A stretch of DNA of 64,000 bases, taken from the human T2T-CHM13v2.0 reference genome, Homo sapiens. The stretch lies in NCBI RefSeq assembly GCF_009914755.1, contig NC_060935.1; one strand, given 5' to 3'. Shown piece by piece: positions 53,401 to 64,000 of the stretch. Within the stretch, counting starts at the first letter, position 1; each line of letters starts with the position of its first letter. The notes beneath the pieces are model-generated. The model did no database searches and had not been told where the DNA came from. It saw only the letters and a program-made list of their open reading frames with translations. A program made the position numbers and the translations under genes.

Positions 53401-54392
53401 GCAGCTCGGCTGCTGATTCATCTTTGGGGTAAGGGCTGAGAGCCCCTTCATTAAGGGGTATGGTAAAAACAGATGATCTTTAAACTGTGTCCTAAGGACA
53501 GTGTATTCAGTGGACTCCCGGGCTTTTGATGGACAGAGTGAGGAAGTGTCTTTGGTTTGCTTCTCCAGAGCCACTCTCTACCTTGTTTGGGGCCCTGGGA
53601 ACTGACCTCTGTGGAATGTAATGGGCTCCATGCTGCTGGCTTTCAGAGAGGTACACCCAACAGGAAGCATAAATGGGGGACTGAAGGAAAGAGGAAAGAT
53701 AGTTGAAGTTTATCCCCTGTGAGGTCTCCTGGGTTGACTGGGTCCCTGTACTGATGGCCCACAGCCCCTATCCCTATAGCTGCCCACTTCCCTTGCTCCT
53801 TCAGCCCTGAGTGGTAACTGCTCCCAGCCACTGCTAGTCCCTCGGTGCTGCACTATCCCGTGTTGATTTGTCACACGCCTAATGCCTGAGCCAGTCACTC
53901 TGGGTTGATGTACCCTCTCTGGCTGTGCCCAGGCAAGGAGACCAAGCACTGCCACTGATGGCCCCTTTTGTAGTCTTCCTCTGTCCAGTCCTCAGAGCCT
54001 CCTCTGGTCTTAAAGAAGAGCAGTTTGAAGGGATGCCCATGATTACATGTGCAGGCCTCCTCTGTCCTCTGTCTCAGCCTGGGCCTGGTGGGGCAAGGGG
54101 AGCAGACTGGGAGACAGGGAGCGTGGACCAGCCAGTGAAGGAAGGGGCAGGAGGCAGGGGTCAGCTCCCCAGCAAGTGCATGCACCAACAGCTCTTGAGT
54201 GCTTAGTTTACGGTAGGCACTGTGCTCCACATACCAGTAATTTTATTTGCTTCTCAGGTAATCCCAGGAAGTCCTTCCTACAAATGCATTTTATAGGAGA
54301 AACAACTCGTGCTCAAAGAGATAAAATGATTCTTCCAGGGTCATCCTGCCAGTAAGTGACAAAGCCAGGATCAACATAAGTTTTCTGTCTTC

Positions 54393-55185
<793 letters not shown>

Positions 55186-55939
55186 CCTAGTAACTACCTT
55201 GAAATAATTTTAGTGAACTGGCTCACAATCACAGCAGAGTTGGATGACTTAAGTGGGGTCAATTATCGGTGAGGATTTGCACAGAGGCCTCCAATGTTCC
55301 CTGGACACCCTCCCCTAGATTAAAAAAAAAAATCCTCTGACATTCTTCAGTTTTCCCAGGTGGGACAGGGGCCCCAAGCAGGTGGTGCAGTTGGGTGTCC
55401 GGGTTGGAAAAACAAGCAGATTCAGACAAGGCTTCATTGTTAAGGAGAGTCTGACACTTTGACCATTAAAGCAAAACTGAGCAAAACAAAATGCTTACTG
55501 CCTTGTCTTATCTCTTAGAGAGAAAGGGGACAGTGGGAAGGGCCCCCGGGCTGGGTGTTGATCCCACCCTAACCAGCGCCAGTCTCAGAGACCTGGCCTC
55601 AGGTGGCTGGGGCAGGGAGTTCAGGGTCTCAGTCCAGCCCGGCGTCAGGTATGGGGTGGGTGCTTGCCATGTGTGGCCTCGTCTGGCCTCTGTGGCCCTT
55701 TCAGAGAGATCGTTATTGTCATTTTTCAGATGAGGAAACTGAGGCTCCGAGAAGACACGCAGGGAGCAGCTGCATGCTGGAACCCAGGTTAACTGGATTA
55801 CCAAGTCTTCCCACTCCCCTCATCTCTCCAGGCAGGAAGGTCCTGGGGGGAGGAAGCAGCCTCGGAAGGAATGAGCTCCTTGTCCTGGGGATGTGCAAGT
55901 ATTGTCTTGGGACACTGTGGGAGGTAGGCTGCAGAGGGC

Positions 55940-56085
55940 AGCCAGGTGGCTCTCAAACTGAAATCACCAGGGGAGCTTCATCAACTACTGATGCCTGGGT
56001 CATGCCCCAGAGATTGTGGGGCCTGCAGGACTTTTAAAAGTTTCCCAGATGATTCTAATGTGAAACAAAGTTTGAAAGCCATGGG
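55940..56085. mobile_element. MER5-family DNA transposon
   Basis: 'gtggctctcaaact...aatcaccagggagct...ttttaaaagtttcccagatgattctaatgtg...aagtttgaaagcca'. Confidence 0.8.
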
Positions 56086-57044
56086 CTTGGATGCCCACTG
56101 CTGCCCTTCCCACCTCTGAAACTCTCCTGCCACACGCCTTTCTAAGGAAAGAAGGGATTTATTACCCTGACCCCATTTTACAAAATGGGCAGAAGCCAAG
56201 CAAAATATAAGGGTGTCCTCAAGGCCCCACAGCCAGCAACAAATCGAGGCAGCATGAGGGGTCCCCTGATTTCAGACTGCCCCTGGGGTGAGCTTCTTTA
56301 AGACACTTGGGGGTTCCAGCTCCCTTGTCAGTGGGAGAGAAGTTTCTCTTTGAGCCTCCTGGGTGAGAGAGTGAGACATTCTTCGTGGCATTTTTTTTAA
56401 AGAGTCCACTCGTTCAAAAGCTAAACAGCTGCAGGATTAACGCTGGAAGACCCCCTCTGCTTGCTGGTGTGCCTTGGGAGCAAGAAGATAAAAGAACTCA
56501 AAGCAGGCCTGTTTATCCTTTTCTGCAGGAGATTTGGTCACAAGCCTGGGAAGAGCTGAGCCTGTCAGACCAGCAGCCCACACTTCCTCCCCACCTGCCT
56601 TTCCGCCTTCCTCATGCCCTGAAAGCAGAATGTCACAGATGGAGAGATGGTGTGGGTTGGTGGGAAGTGAGAGGCCTGTGGAGTCCACTGGTCCTGGGGT
56701 CTGCCCAAGCTCTCCTCCTTGCCAGCTACCTTTGGAGAGGAGCTACTCCTCTCTCAGCTCATTCAGTGCTGATCTCACAGAGGTCCAAAGTCAGCAACAT
56801 GGGCACCACCTCCAGGAAGGCTTCCCTGACTCCCCTCCCCACCCAGCGCCGGGCAACCCCAGGCCCCTGGCCTTCCCTGTCACATTCTGTGTTGTCACTG
56901 CTTCTGTGTCCTCCCAACCCTACCAGGCTGTTCATTCATTCATTCCACGGAGCAGCTGCCCTTTGCCTGGGATTCATTCCAAACGCCTTTCCTGAGCACC
57001 TGTTTTCTCTAAGATCCTCTGTGAGGTGCTGGAGATACAGATCA

Positions 57045-57215
57045 TAACAGCTAACCTGCACTGAGTGCTCATTATGTGCTGGGCATTTTTTTGAGTGCTT
57101 TACACGTATAATTCATTTCACCCTCACAACTCTATGATGAAGATGCTGTAATTATCCCCATTTTACATATGGGGAAACTAAAGCCCAAAGAGGTTAAATC
57201 ACTTGCCCAAGTCAT
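57045..57215. mobile_element. MIR SINE (well preserved)
   Basis: 'taacagctaac...gagtgctttacacgtata...cctcacaactctatg...ttatccccattttacatatggggaaactaaagcccaaagaggttaaatcacttgcccaa'. Confidence 0.92.
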
Positions 57216-58879
57216 TTAGCCCTACCCTGTGCCACCAGCCACAGATACTGATGGGACCGGCCCCTGCCTCAGGAGCCTGCTTCTCACAATTTGGAAGTTT
57301 TGCATCTGTGTGTTTCCTTGTCTAATGCTGTTTCCCCCACAGACCAGAATCTCCAACCATGTTACATTTCGGTTGGATGTGTGTGTGAGCAGCACCAAAT
57401 AAATGCTGCTTCCCTTTAAGGAAGAACTCACACTCTCTGCCCAGCATCTGCTAGCTGGACGCCAGACGGCTTCTCCCACCTGGGTCATTTCTTCTGCGTA
57501 GGCCTGAGAAGAAAACCCAAGTCCCCAGATATCCCAGTCCTGCTCCCTCCCCTGAACCTAGCTCGGGACCCTTCCAGGCCAACAGCACCTGCTTACACAC
57601 CACTGTTCACAGGGAAGGTGGTGGGAACTGTGAATCTGCAAACCCCAGCTAAGTCCCCCTAAGGGAAGGCCTCCCTGCCATCTGGCACGCCCTCCCTCCA
57701 GCCATCACTCACTGGACTCTTCCATCAGCTTCTTACTGAGTTGCTCGTTCACGAAGCCATCGAGGGGATGGGCAAGAAGACTCATGCTGATGGAGTACCC
57801 ACCTGTGTGCCAGGCCTGGACAGGCACCCCACTTCCTTCATCTCATTTAATAACAGTTATTATCAGCCCCAATGTACAGGGAAAAAACAGAGGTGCAAAA
57901 GTTGAGCAAGTTGTCCATGGGGCAGCTTGCACTGCCTCCCCTGGCCCGGAGGGTGTGGCTCTGTGCCAGGCACACTGCTAGGCACTCAGAGGGAGGGGAG
58001 GATTCGGTGGGGGCACATAGAATCTAGTTTTGACAAGCCAGCAAGGGAAGCAGACCAAGCAGAACCCCAATCCACAGACCACAGTCAGTGTGCAGAGGGC
58101 CATGAATCAGCAGCAGAGGAGGCTTGGATCCCACCTGCATGGGAGGAGTACTGGAAGCTTATAGCAGGCAGCATCTTTGGACCTGGTTGAACTCCTTACT
58201 GCTCTTTCCCATGGTCACAGCAGGAGAAAGGGTAAGCCTTGGCCTACAAAGCTCTGGTGCCCAGTGTGTGTTTGCCACCACCCCAAAGGGGGCAAAGGGA
58301 GGAGAAGCTGGCTGCCCTGCCAGTGACCCCGCTGTGGCCCGGCCAGCCTGCCTCCAGTCCCGCCAACTTGGCCTGGCCTGGCCCAGCCAGTTCCCAATCA
58401 CAGGGTCTCCTCTGCCAGCTAATGACCATGCTGCCTGCAGCTCAGGCCACCACCCTCCTTTGGGCGAGGCAGCTACCCACACAGCCTGCTGGCCCAGACA
58501 GTGGCCAGGCCAAAAATCACAGCTGCCCGTCATACCACATCCTCTGGCCCTGGTGCTGTGGTCTCCTCCTCCTCCCTCCAGGGTCACGAAAGACGATGTA
58601 GAAAGCTGGAGCTACAGGGGAGCTCAGAACCCACCCTGCTCCCCATAGACATGGACACACGGGACCCCAGAGAGGGGCCGACTCACCCCAGGTCACACAG
58701 ACAACCAGCCAGCCTGTGCACGGCCTAGGGCCCAGGTCCTTCCTGGGCCCCATGCTCAGTCCAACACTGCCCTTCCTTAGCCTTGAGAAAAAACCTTGTC
58801 CAGGCTTTTTACACACAAAGTATGCTTTCAAGGTACTTGGGTGGAGGTGAGGAGACAGGACATCTTCTAAGCACAGATT

Positions 58880-59090
58880 TACAATTCAAACAGATGCAGC
58901 TTGGCTCCCTGCTCCCTACCTTTGAGCTGTGTGACCTCGGGCAAGATCAGGTACCTCTCTGAGCCCCAGTTTCTAGGGGATAACAGTAGCTACCTCAGGG
59001 AGTTTGTGTGAACAAGAGTGTCTATAAAACATTTAGCACATTGTCTGGCTCATAGTAAGTACTCAAGATATCAGCTGTTGTTGATATCAT
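58880..59090. mobile_element. MIR SINE
   Basis: 'agctgtgtgacctcgggcaag...ctctctgagccccagtttc...catttagcacattgtctggctcatagtaagtactcaa'. Confidence 0.88.
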
Positions 59091-62000
59091 CACTGTAGTA
59101 TTGTGTGGATACATTTTACAAACTGCAAAATGTTATGGATAGTAGGTATTATTTTTTACTATTACTGCTGAATGTTAAAGATTCAGAGGGGGCATGACCA
59201 GAGGGTTGGGTAATCCAGGAATGTTTCTGAGGGAATTTATGACCTCAGTCAGGTCTTGACAGGTGGGGAGGTAAGTGGAGCAGAGGCAGGGATGGCGGTT
59301 CTGATGGGAGGAACCACAAACAAAGGGGCTGTGATGGGGCCACATGTGGTGTGTTTAGGAGACAGTGCAGAGCAATGAGCCAGAAGGCCGGGCAGAGGCT
59401 AAGGTGACCAAGGACCTGAATGCCATAACTAGGGCCTGGTCTTCATCTTACAGGCCGTAAGGAGCCACAGAGGCTTCTAAATGGGGGCTCCATTAAGCTT
59501 TCTGAAATGTGAGTTCTGTCTAACATTCAAGGCCCTCTCCTATATGGGCATTCACCCCTCACTAACCCCACCAAGCCATCCTCCTCGCCCCAAGTTCTCC
59601 CTACCTCTCGGCTTACCACGCTATCCCACCTGCCCCGCCACTAGCCCACTAGCTCACACTCATGATGAGGCACCCCCTTGTTGAGTGCCTAAAGTGCCGT
59701 GTGTTTCACACATGGGACCTCAAGATGATCCGTAACAGCCTTGAGAAGTGGACATCACAACCGTCATTTCACAAAGGGGGAAATGGAGGCCTGATGGGAT
59801 CATGTGTCTTTCCCATGCTCTCAGTGAGGCGGTGGCACAGCCAGGATTCCTTCTTGGAGGGATGTCAGGACCCCCCGTCTTTGCAGCAAGTTTCCTCTAG
59901 CTCCTGCCCAGACAGCCACCTCCCTGACAAAGCCTTCCTGGTTACTCCAGTCCTCAAGGGCCTCCCCTCCACCCCTTTCTGCCCTGTACCCTCCCCCTTA
60001 CTCCTCCCCGTCACCACCTCTCTGGAATCAGAGGCCCACTTGATCCTAGCTCAGCTAGCTTGGTTCCCAGTGTTGCCTGTGGGACCATCTGGCCCCCAAC
60101 AGAAGAGACAGGACATCATCAACCCCAGCTCTCTCCTGTTGGGGGCCAGATGACACTTTCTCCCTGTCCTATCCTGCCTGCCCCCCCATATCCAAGACTG
60201 CTAACAGCACAGACAGGAGCCCCCACCTCCTCTGGTAGGGTTCAGAAGCTCACTGAACATAGAGCTATTTCCCTGAGCCTGCCCCCAGCTGAGGGGAGTA
60301 TTAATTATTCACTGCACCTTGGTGCCTAGGGAGGTCAGACAATGGGCCCGAGGGAATGGACACCAGCTCCAGGCACCACAGCCCTGCCAGCAGGAAGCCA
60401 AGGGAGGGGGTAAGAATCCAGAGCCCCTTGCCGGTGTCCCCAAGCAGACTGATTCTAGAGGCTATGAGACTAGGGGAGTGTGACCCACACAGCAGCCTGA
60501 GCTGAGCAAATTCAGGTCTCTGAGCCTGCCCTGCAACCATATCCTGCGTTCTAATCGAAGACAAGTCTGAGAATTTCCCCAGACTTCCTGGTCAAACTTC
60601 AAGCTTCCTTTTCTTCATAGGGATGGAAACGGATATTTGGCCAGGCACTGCATCTTTGTAGCTCATTTAATCCTCGCAACAACCTGCTAAAGGAGGTATT
60701 CTAATTTTATAGGCTCAGAGGGATGAAGTGATTTGCTCAGTGCCACTCAGCTAGTGGGAGGCACAGTAGACTCACGCCCACCTGGTCTGTCTGATTTACC
60801 ACTATCTGGGATTCACCAGTTACTGTGGCTCGAGGCTGCCGCTTAGCCCGTCTGGGTAACTTCCAGGGCACCTGGTATGCAGCTGGCACTCAAACAGTTC
60901 TACAAGCAAACTCAAAGGCCCTGGGGAAGTGGTTTTACCTCTCTGAGCTTCAGCTGCCCACACGAGACTGGGCCATTAATAACCTCCCCAGTCTTGGCAA
61001 GTACAACATGCCCCTTAGCACTTGACAGCCAGATGTGATGGCCCCACTAACTGAGCAGGTAACACACAGCCTGCCATAACCTATTTTAAAGTGGCACTTG
61101 GAACCATGGATGCATCAAGAGGTCACAAGTGACTCTGCAACCCTCCTCTGCTTCACTCTAGGTTCCAGGCTCTCTCCACGTCATGAAAGGAGATCACACA
61201 GGTGTGAAATTATTTCATCAAAGAGCTTTGTTTAGACATAGAGATTATTGCGAGGATTTGAATCCCCAGACAGAGGTCTGGGGTAGAGGGAATCCCAAGC
61301 CCCTCAGTCACCTTGTCTTTTGGGATCCCCTAACCCTTCCACCCCCAGGGATTGAGCTTCAGACTTCCACAGACCTCTCACCACGCTCCTCCACCTTCCA
61401 GGGGCTTTCCAAGGTGGTTTCCCCTTGACTCCAGGGAGTTGGGCATATCTAGGGTTAACTAGGCCTAGCCAAGGCCACAGGGCCCAGACCAAGGCCATAT
61501 CCCCTCCCCGTCCCCACACAGAACAAGAGCCCACAGAGTCCATGCCAAGGGCTCTTTCACAACACCCCTCTCCCTACATGCCTTGGGGGCAGCAGAAGCA
61601 TCCCCTGCCTGGGAATAAAGACACCTGGGACTGTGCCCCAGCCCTGGGAGCCCCCAGCCTTGAGACCTTGAGCAGGTCCCTTCCTTCCTGGGCAGAGGTA
61701 TCCTGCAGGTTCCCCTGCCCAGAAGAAAATGAGGTTGGACCTTCCATTTGGGCCAAAGGCAATGCGGTTGCAGGCATTCCTCGGGGCCCCAGCAACCAAC
61801 CACACTAATTCTCACCACAGCCTCATACATGGTCGCCCAGATCTCACATCAGCGATAGGGAAAGCCCCAGCCACCTATCCAGAAGATCCTAACTGGGGAG
61901 GAGTGTGCATACCTTGAAGGATGCTCAGGAAGGTTTTCTCAAGTCTACTTGTGGCTCAAGGACTCACTGGCTTTAGGATCGGACAACTGGCACTCCCTTC

Positions 62001-62424
62001 GGGTGGGCCTCAGTGTCCCCATTAGTAATGTGAGGGAGGTGAGTCACGTGAGCCACATCTCCAGCCACCCCAGAGGGGCTACATCTCCAGCTCTGACAGA
62101 CCCTTACTTGGGGATCTCTGCAGTGAATTCACCAACAGATAAGCACGTCTCAGGACCTCCAGAGTGTCTTAGAGACCCTGGAGTCTGACACACAAGGGCC
62201 AGGAGCTGCTGCTCTCACATCCTGGGCCCACAGGGAGAGAAGCTTTGGAACTGGGAAGCTTCCCACCTCTACCCTCAACTCTGAGTCACCTTTCCTCGCG
62301 GGTGACATGGCCAGGGAGCGGGAGGCAAGAAGAAGCCACTTCCTCAGCTTTTAGCATCAGCGCTCAAGTGCTCTGCCTCTTCCCCCTCTATCCTCTCCCG
62401 CTTCCCCAGTCTCCTCCCCGCAGT

Positions 62425-62580
62425 GAAAGGAGGTCACTCAGCCCCGTTAAGCCTCAGTTTCTCCATCTGCAAGCGCCGATAATAATACACAACACCTATT
62501 TCAGGAGTAGCAGTGAGGCTTAGGCGGGGCGGGGCGGGGCAGGGCGCGGACCCGCACACAATGGGCGCTCAATAAGTACC
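62425..62580. mobile_element. MIR SINE merged into the CpG-island edge
   Basis: 'aagcctcagtttctccatctgcaa...gataataatac...acctatttcagg...gtgagg...gcgctcaataa' follows MIR colinearly. Confidence 0.75.
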
Positions 62581-62726
62581 CGTTTTCTTTCTTTCCCCTC
62601 CCCTTCCCGCGCCCCCTCCCAGCCAGTTCCAGCCTCTGCTTGTTTCCCCTGACACTCCCTCCGCTGGCCCCCGCGCTGCCGCGATGGGGTCGGGGACCGC
62701 TCCTGCCGCGCATCCGGGGCTCTCAC

Positions 62727-63450
62727 CTGCAGCCTTGGCTCTCGCGGGCCGCCGGGACAGAAGGGGACCCCTGTGTTATCTTCGGGGCAGGCGCTGAACC
62801 CCTCGCCTGAGGCGGGACGAAGGTGACAGCCTGGGCTCGCGGCACCAGCCCGGCGGTTCGGTCCGACTGTCCTGCCCGCCTAGGACCCCTCACGGAGCGC
62901 ACGACCCGGCCAGGGCTTCCCGGGCGCTCGCGCTGTTCCAAGCTGTTCCAACTGAAGGTTGGGGTCTCGTGAAGCCAGAGGCTGGGGGGGTCCGGGGTCC
63001 CGTGCACCGGAGGCGAGGGCCTGGGGCCACACTGCGCTAGCCCTGGAGCTGGGGTTCCGACCCTCACTGACGGAAAGGCGCGGAGCGACCCTGCAACCAC
63101 GGACCGGTACGGCGGCGTTAGGAGCGTCCCGTCCCGGCGCAGCGGGTCAGGGCCGGGGCTCCGCGCGTCCCGGCCGCACGCCCCGAACCGCGGGGCTGGG
63201 ACGGGCAGGGCAGGGCAGGCGCCGGCGGGGAGGCGCGGCGGCCGGAGCCCCGCGGGGAAGTCTTTCCAGGTCCCGACTCGGCTCTCTCTGCAAAACGGGG
63301 CGAACCTCGGCGCGGCGGCCGACTCCCGAGCTCCCGGCCGCGGCTCCACTTCCTCCTCTTCCCCTGCTCCCTCGCCGCTCGCTCAGCGCCGCGCCGCTGC
63401 CACCTCCGCTGTCATCCCCGCCACCCACCCCCACCGGAGCCGCAGCCCGA
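62727..63450 (-). other. GDPD5: GDPD5 non-coding exon 1 (5' boundary approximate)
   Basis: Strong donor CAG|GTGAGA (G at 62726) at the downstream edge of the CpG island. The GC-box/CCAAT cluster upstream at 63510-63720 places the TSS region near 63400-63500. Confidence 0.8.
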
Positions 63451-63499
63451 GCTCAGCCGAAACAGCGCCGCCCAGCGCCCCAGCGCCAGCCAGCGCGGC

Positions 63500-63720
63500 C
63501 CCGCCCGGACGGGGCGGAGTCAGCAGAGACCCCGCCCCCGGCCGGCTGCGGGCAGGGGCGGGGTGCGCGCCCTCTCCCCTTCCCGGGCCTCGCGCGTGGG
63601 GCCGCAGGAGCCAATCCGAGGGTGGGAGCGGAGCGGCGCCCTGCGGAAAGCGGATTCTACCTCGGAGAGGGCGGGGCGGACAATGGAGAGGTGCGGCTGC
63701 AAGAGGACAATGGCGGGGCT
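63500..63720 (-). promoter_or_regulatory. GDPD5: TATA-less core/proximal promoter: multiple Sp/KLF GC boxes and an NF-Y-type CCAAT box
   Basis: GGGGCGG at ~63511, CCCCGCCCC at ~63530, GGGGCGGGG at ~63555, GGGCGGGGCGG at ~63669. AGCCAATC with CCAAT at 63611-63615. No TATA seen. Confidence 0.8.
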
Positions 63721-64000
63721 GGGGGTTCGGAACGGGCCGAATCGGGGAGGGGGTTGGCCTCGGGACCCGGAAGGAGGGAGAGGCGAGGGGGCTGGCTTGC
63801 CTGGGACGGGGGCATGGGGACTGCTGTGCGGGGATTGCGGGGGTCACGGGGAAGGAGCAGGGGCCAGTGTAGGAAAAGAAGCTGGGGCGAGGCAAGGTGG
63901 AGGATATCCGGGGTCAGGGGTCCCAGGGACGCTGGAGCGAGCCCTCCTGAGTGGTGGGATGCCACCGACACCTTGCTTCTCCCTAGCTTCTAGTGCTCGG

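Larger units (their letters stand above)
62500..63850. promoter_or_regulatory. GDPD5: CpG island spanning the GDPD5 promoter and exon 1
   Basis: Abrupt rise in GC and CpG density (cgcg, gcgc, ccgg runs) compared with the CpG-depleted rest of the window. Confidence 0.95.

Noticed and set aside
56385-57047. 220-aa + strand ORF
   Set aside because: GTG start, runs through L2 remnants, has no homology I recognise and no exon structure.
62959-63993. 344-aa + strand ORF across the promoter
   Set aside because: Non-ATG start, G/A/R/P low-complexity composition and no recognisable domain. This is an expected stop-poor artefact of a CpG island.

Overview
This is primate (almost certainly human) euchromatic DNA carrying the 5' two-thirds of GDPD5 (GDE2, the six-transmembrane glycerophosphodiester phosphodiesterase / GPI-anchor-cleaving enzyme) on the minus strand. 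Four exons can be placed from splice signals and translation. Non-coding exon 1 lies in a CpG island (donor at 62727, TSS region ~63400-63500). Non-coding exon 2 is 27744-27827 (84 nt). Exon 3 is 15128-15304 and carries the ATG at 15244 (MVRHQPLQYYEPQLCLSCLTGIYGCRWKRYQRSHDDTTP). Exon 4 is 295-398 (WERLWFLLLTFTFGLTLTWLYFWWEVHNDYDEFN, first TM helix). The rest is intron filled with MIR, L2, L3/CR1, old L1M, the Alu series (FAM, FRAM, FLAM_C, AluJ, AluS), hAT DNA transposon fossils (MER5, MER58B, MER91A, Zaphod-like) and MaLR/ERVL LTRs. Nearly all entries in the ORF track are chance or repeat-derived frames. I found no convincing new protein-coding system. The best leads are regulatory: an in-frame M-G-A-stop uORF 42 nt before the GDPD5 start; a recursive-splice-site-like architecture at the end of exon 2; a perfect palindromic ERE in intron 1; a 75-nt fold-back hairpin built on MER5 termini; an inverted pair of TGACGTGG bZIP sites; and a MIR remodelled into a GC-box/G-quadruplex element at the CpG-island edge. 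Repeat subfamily calls and boundaries were made by eye and are approximate.
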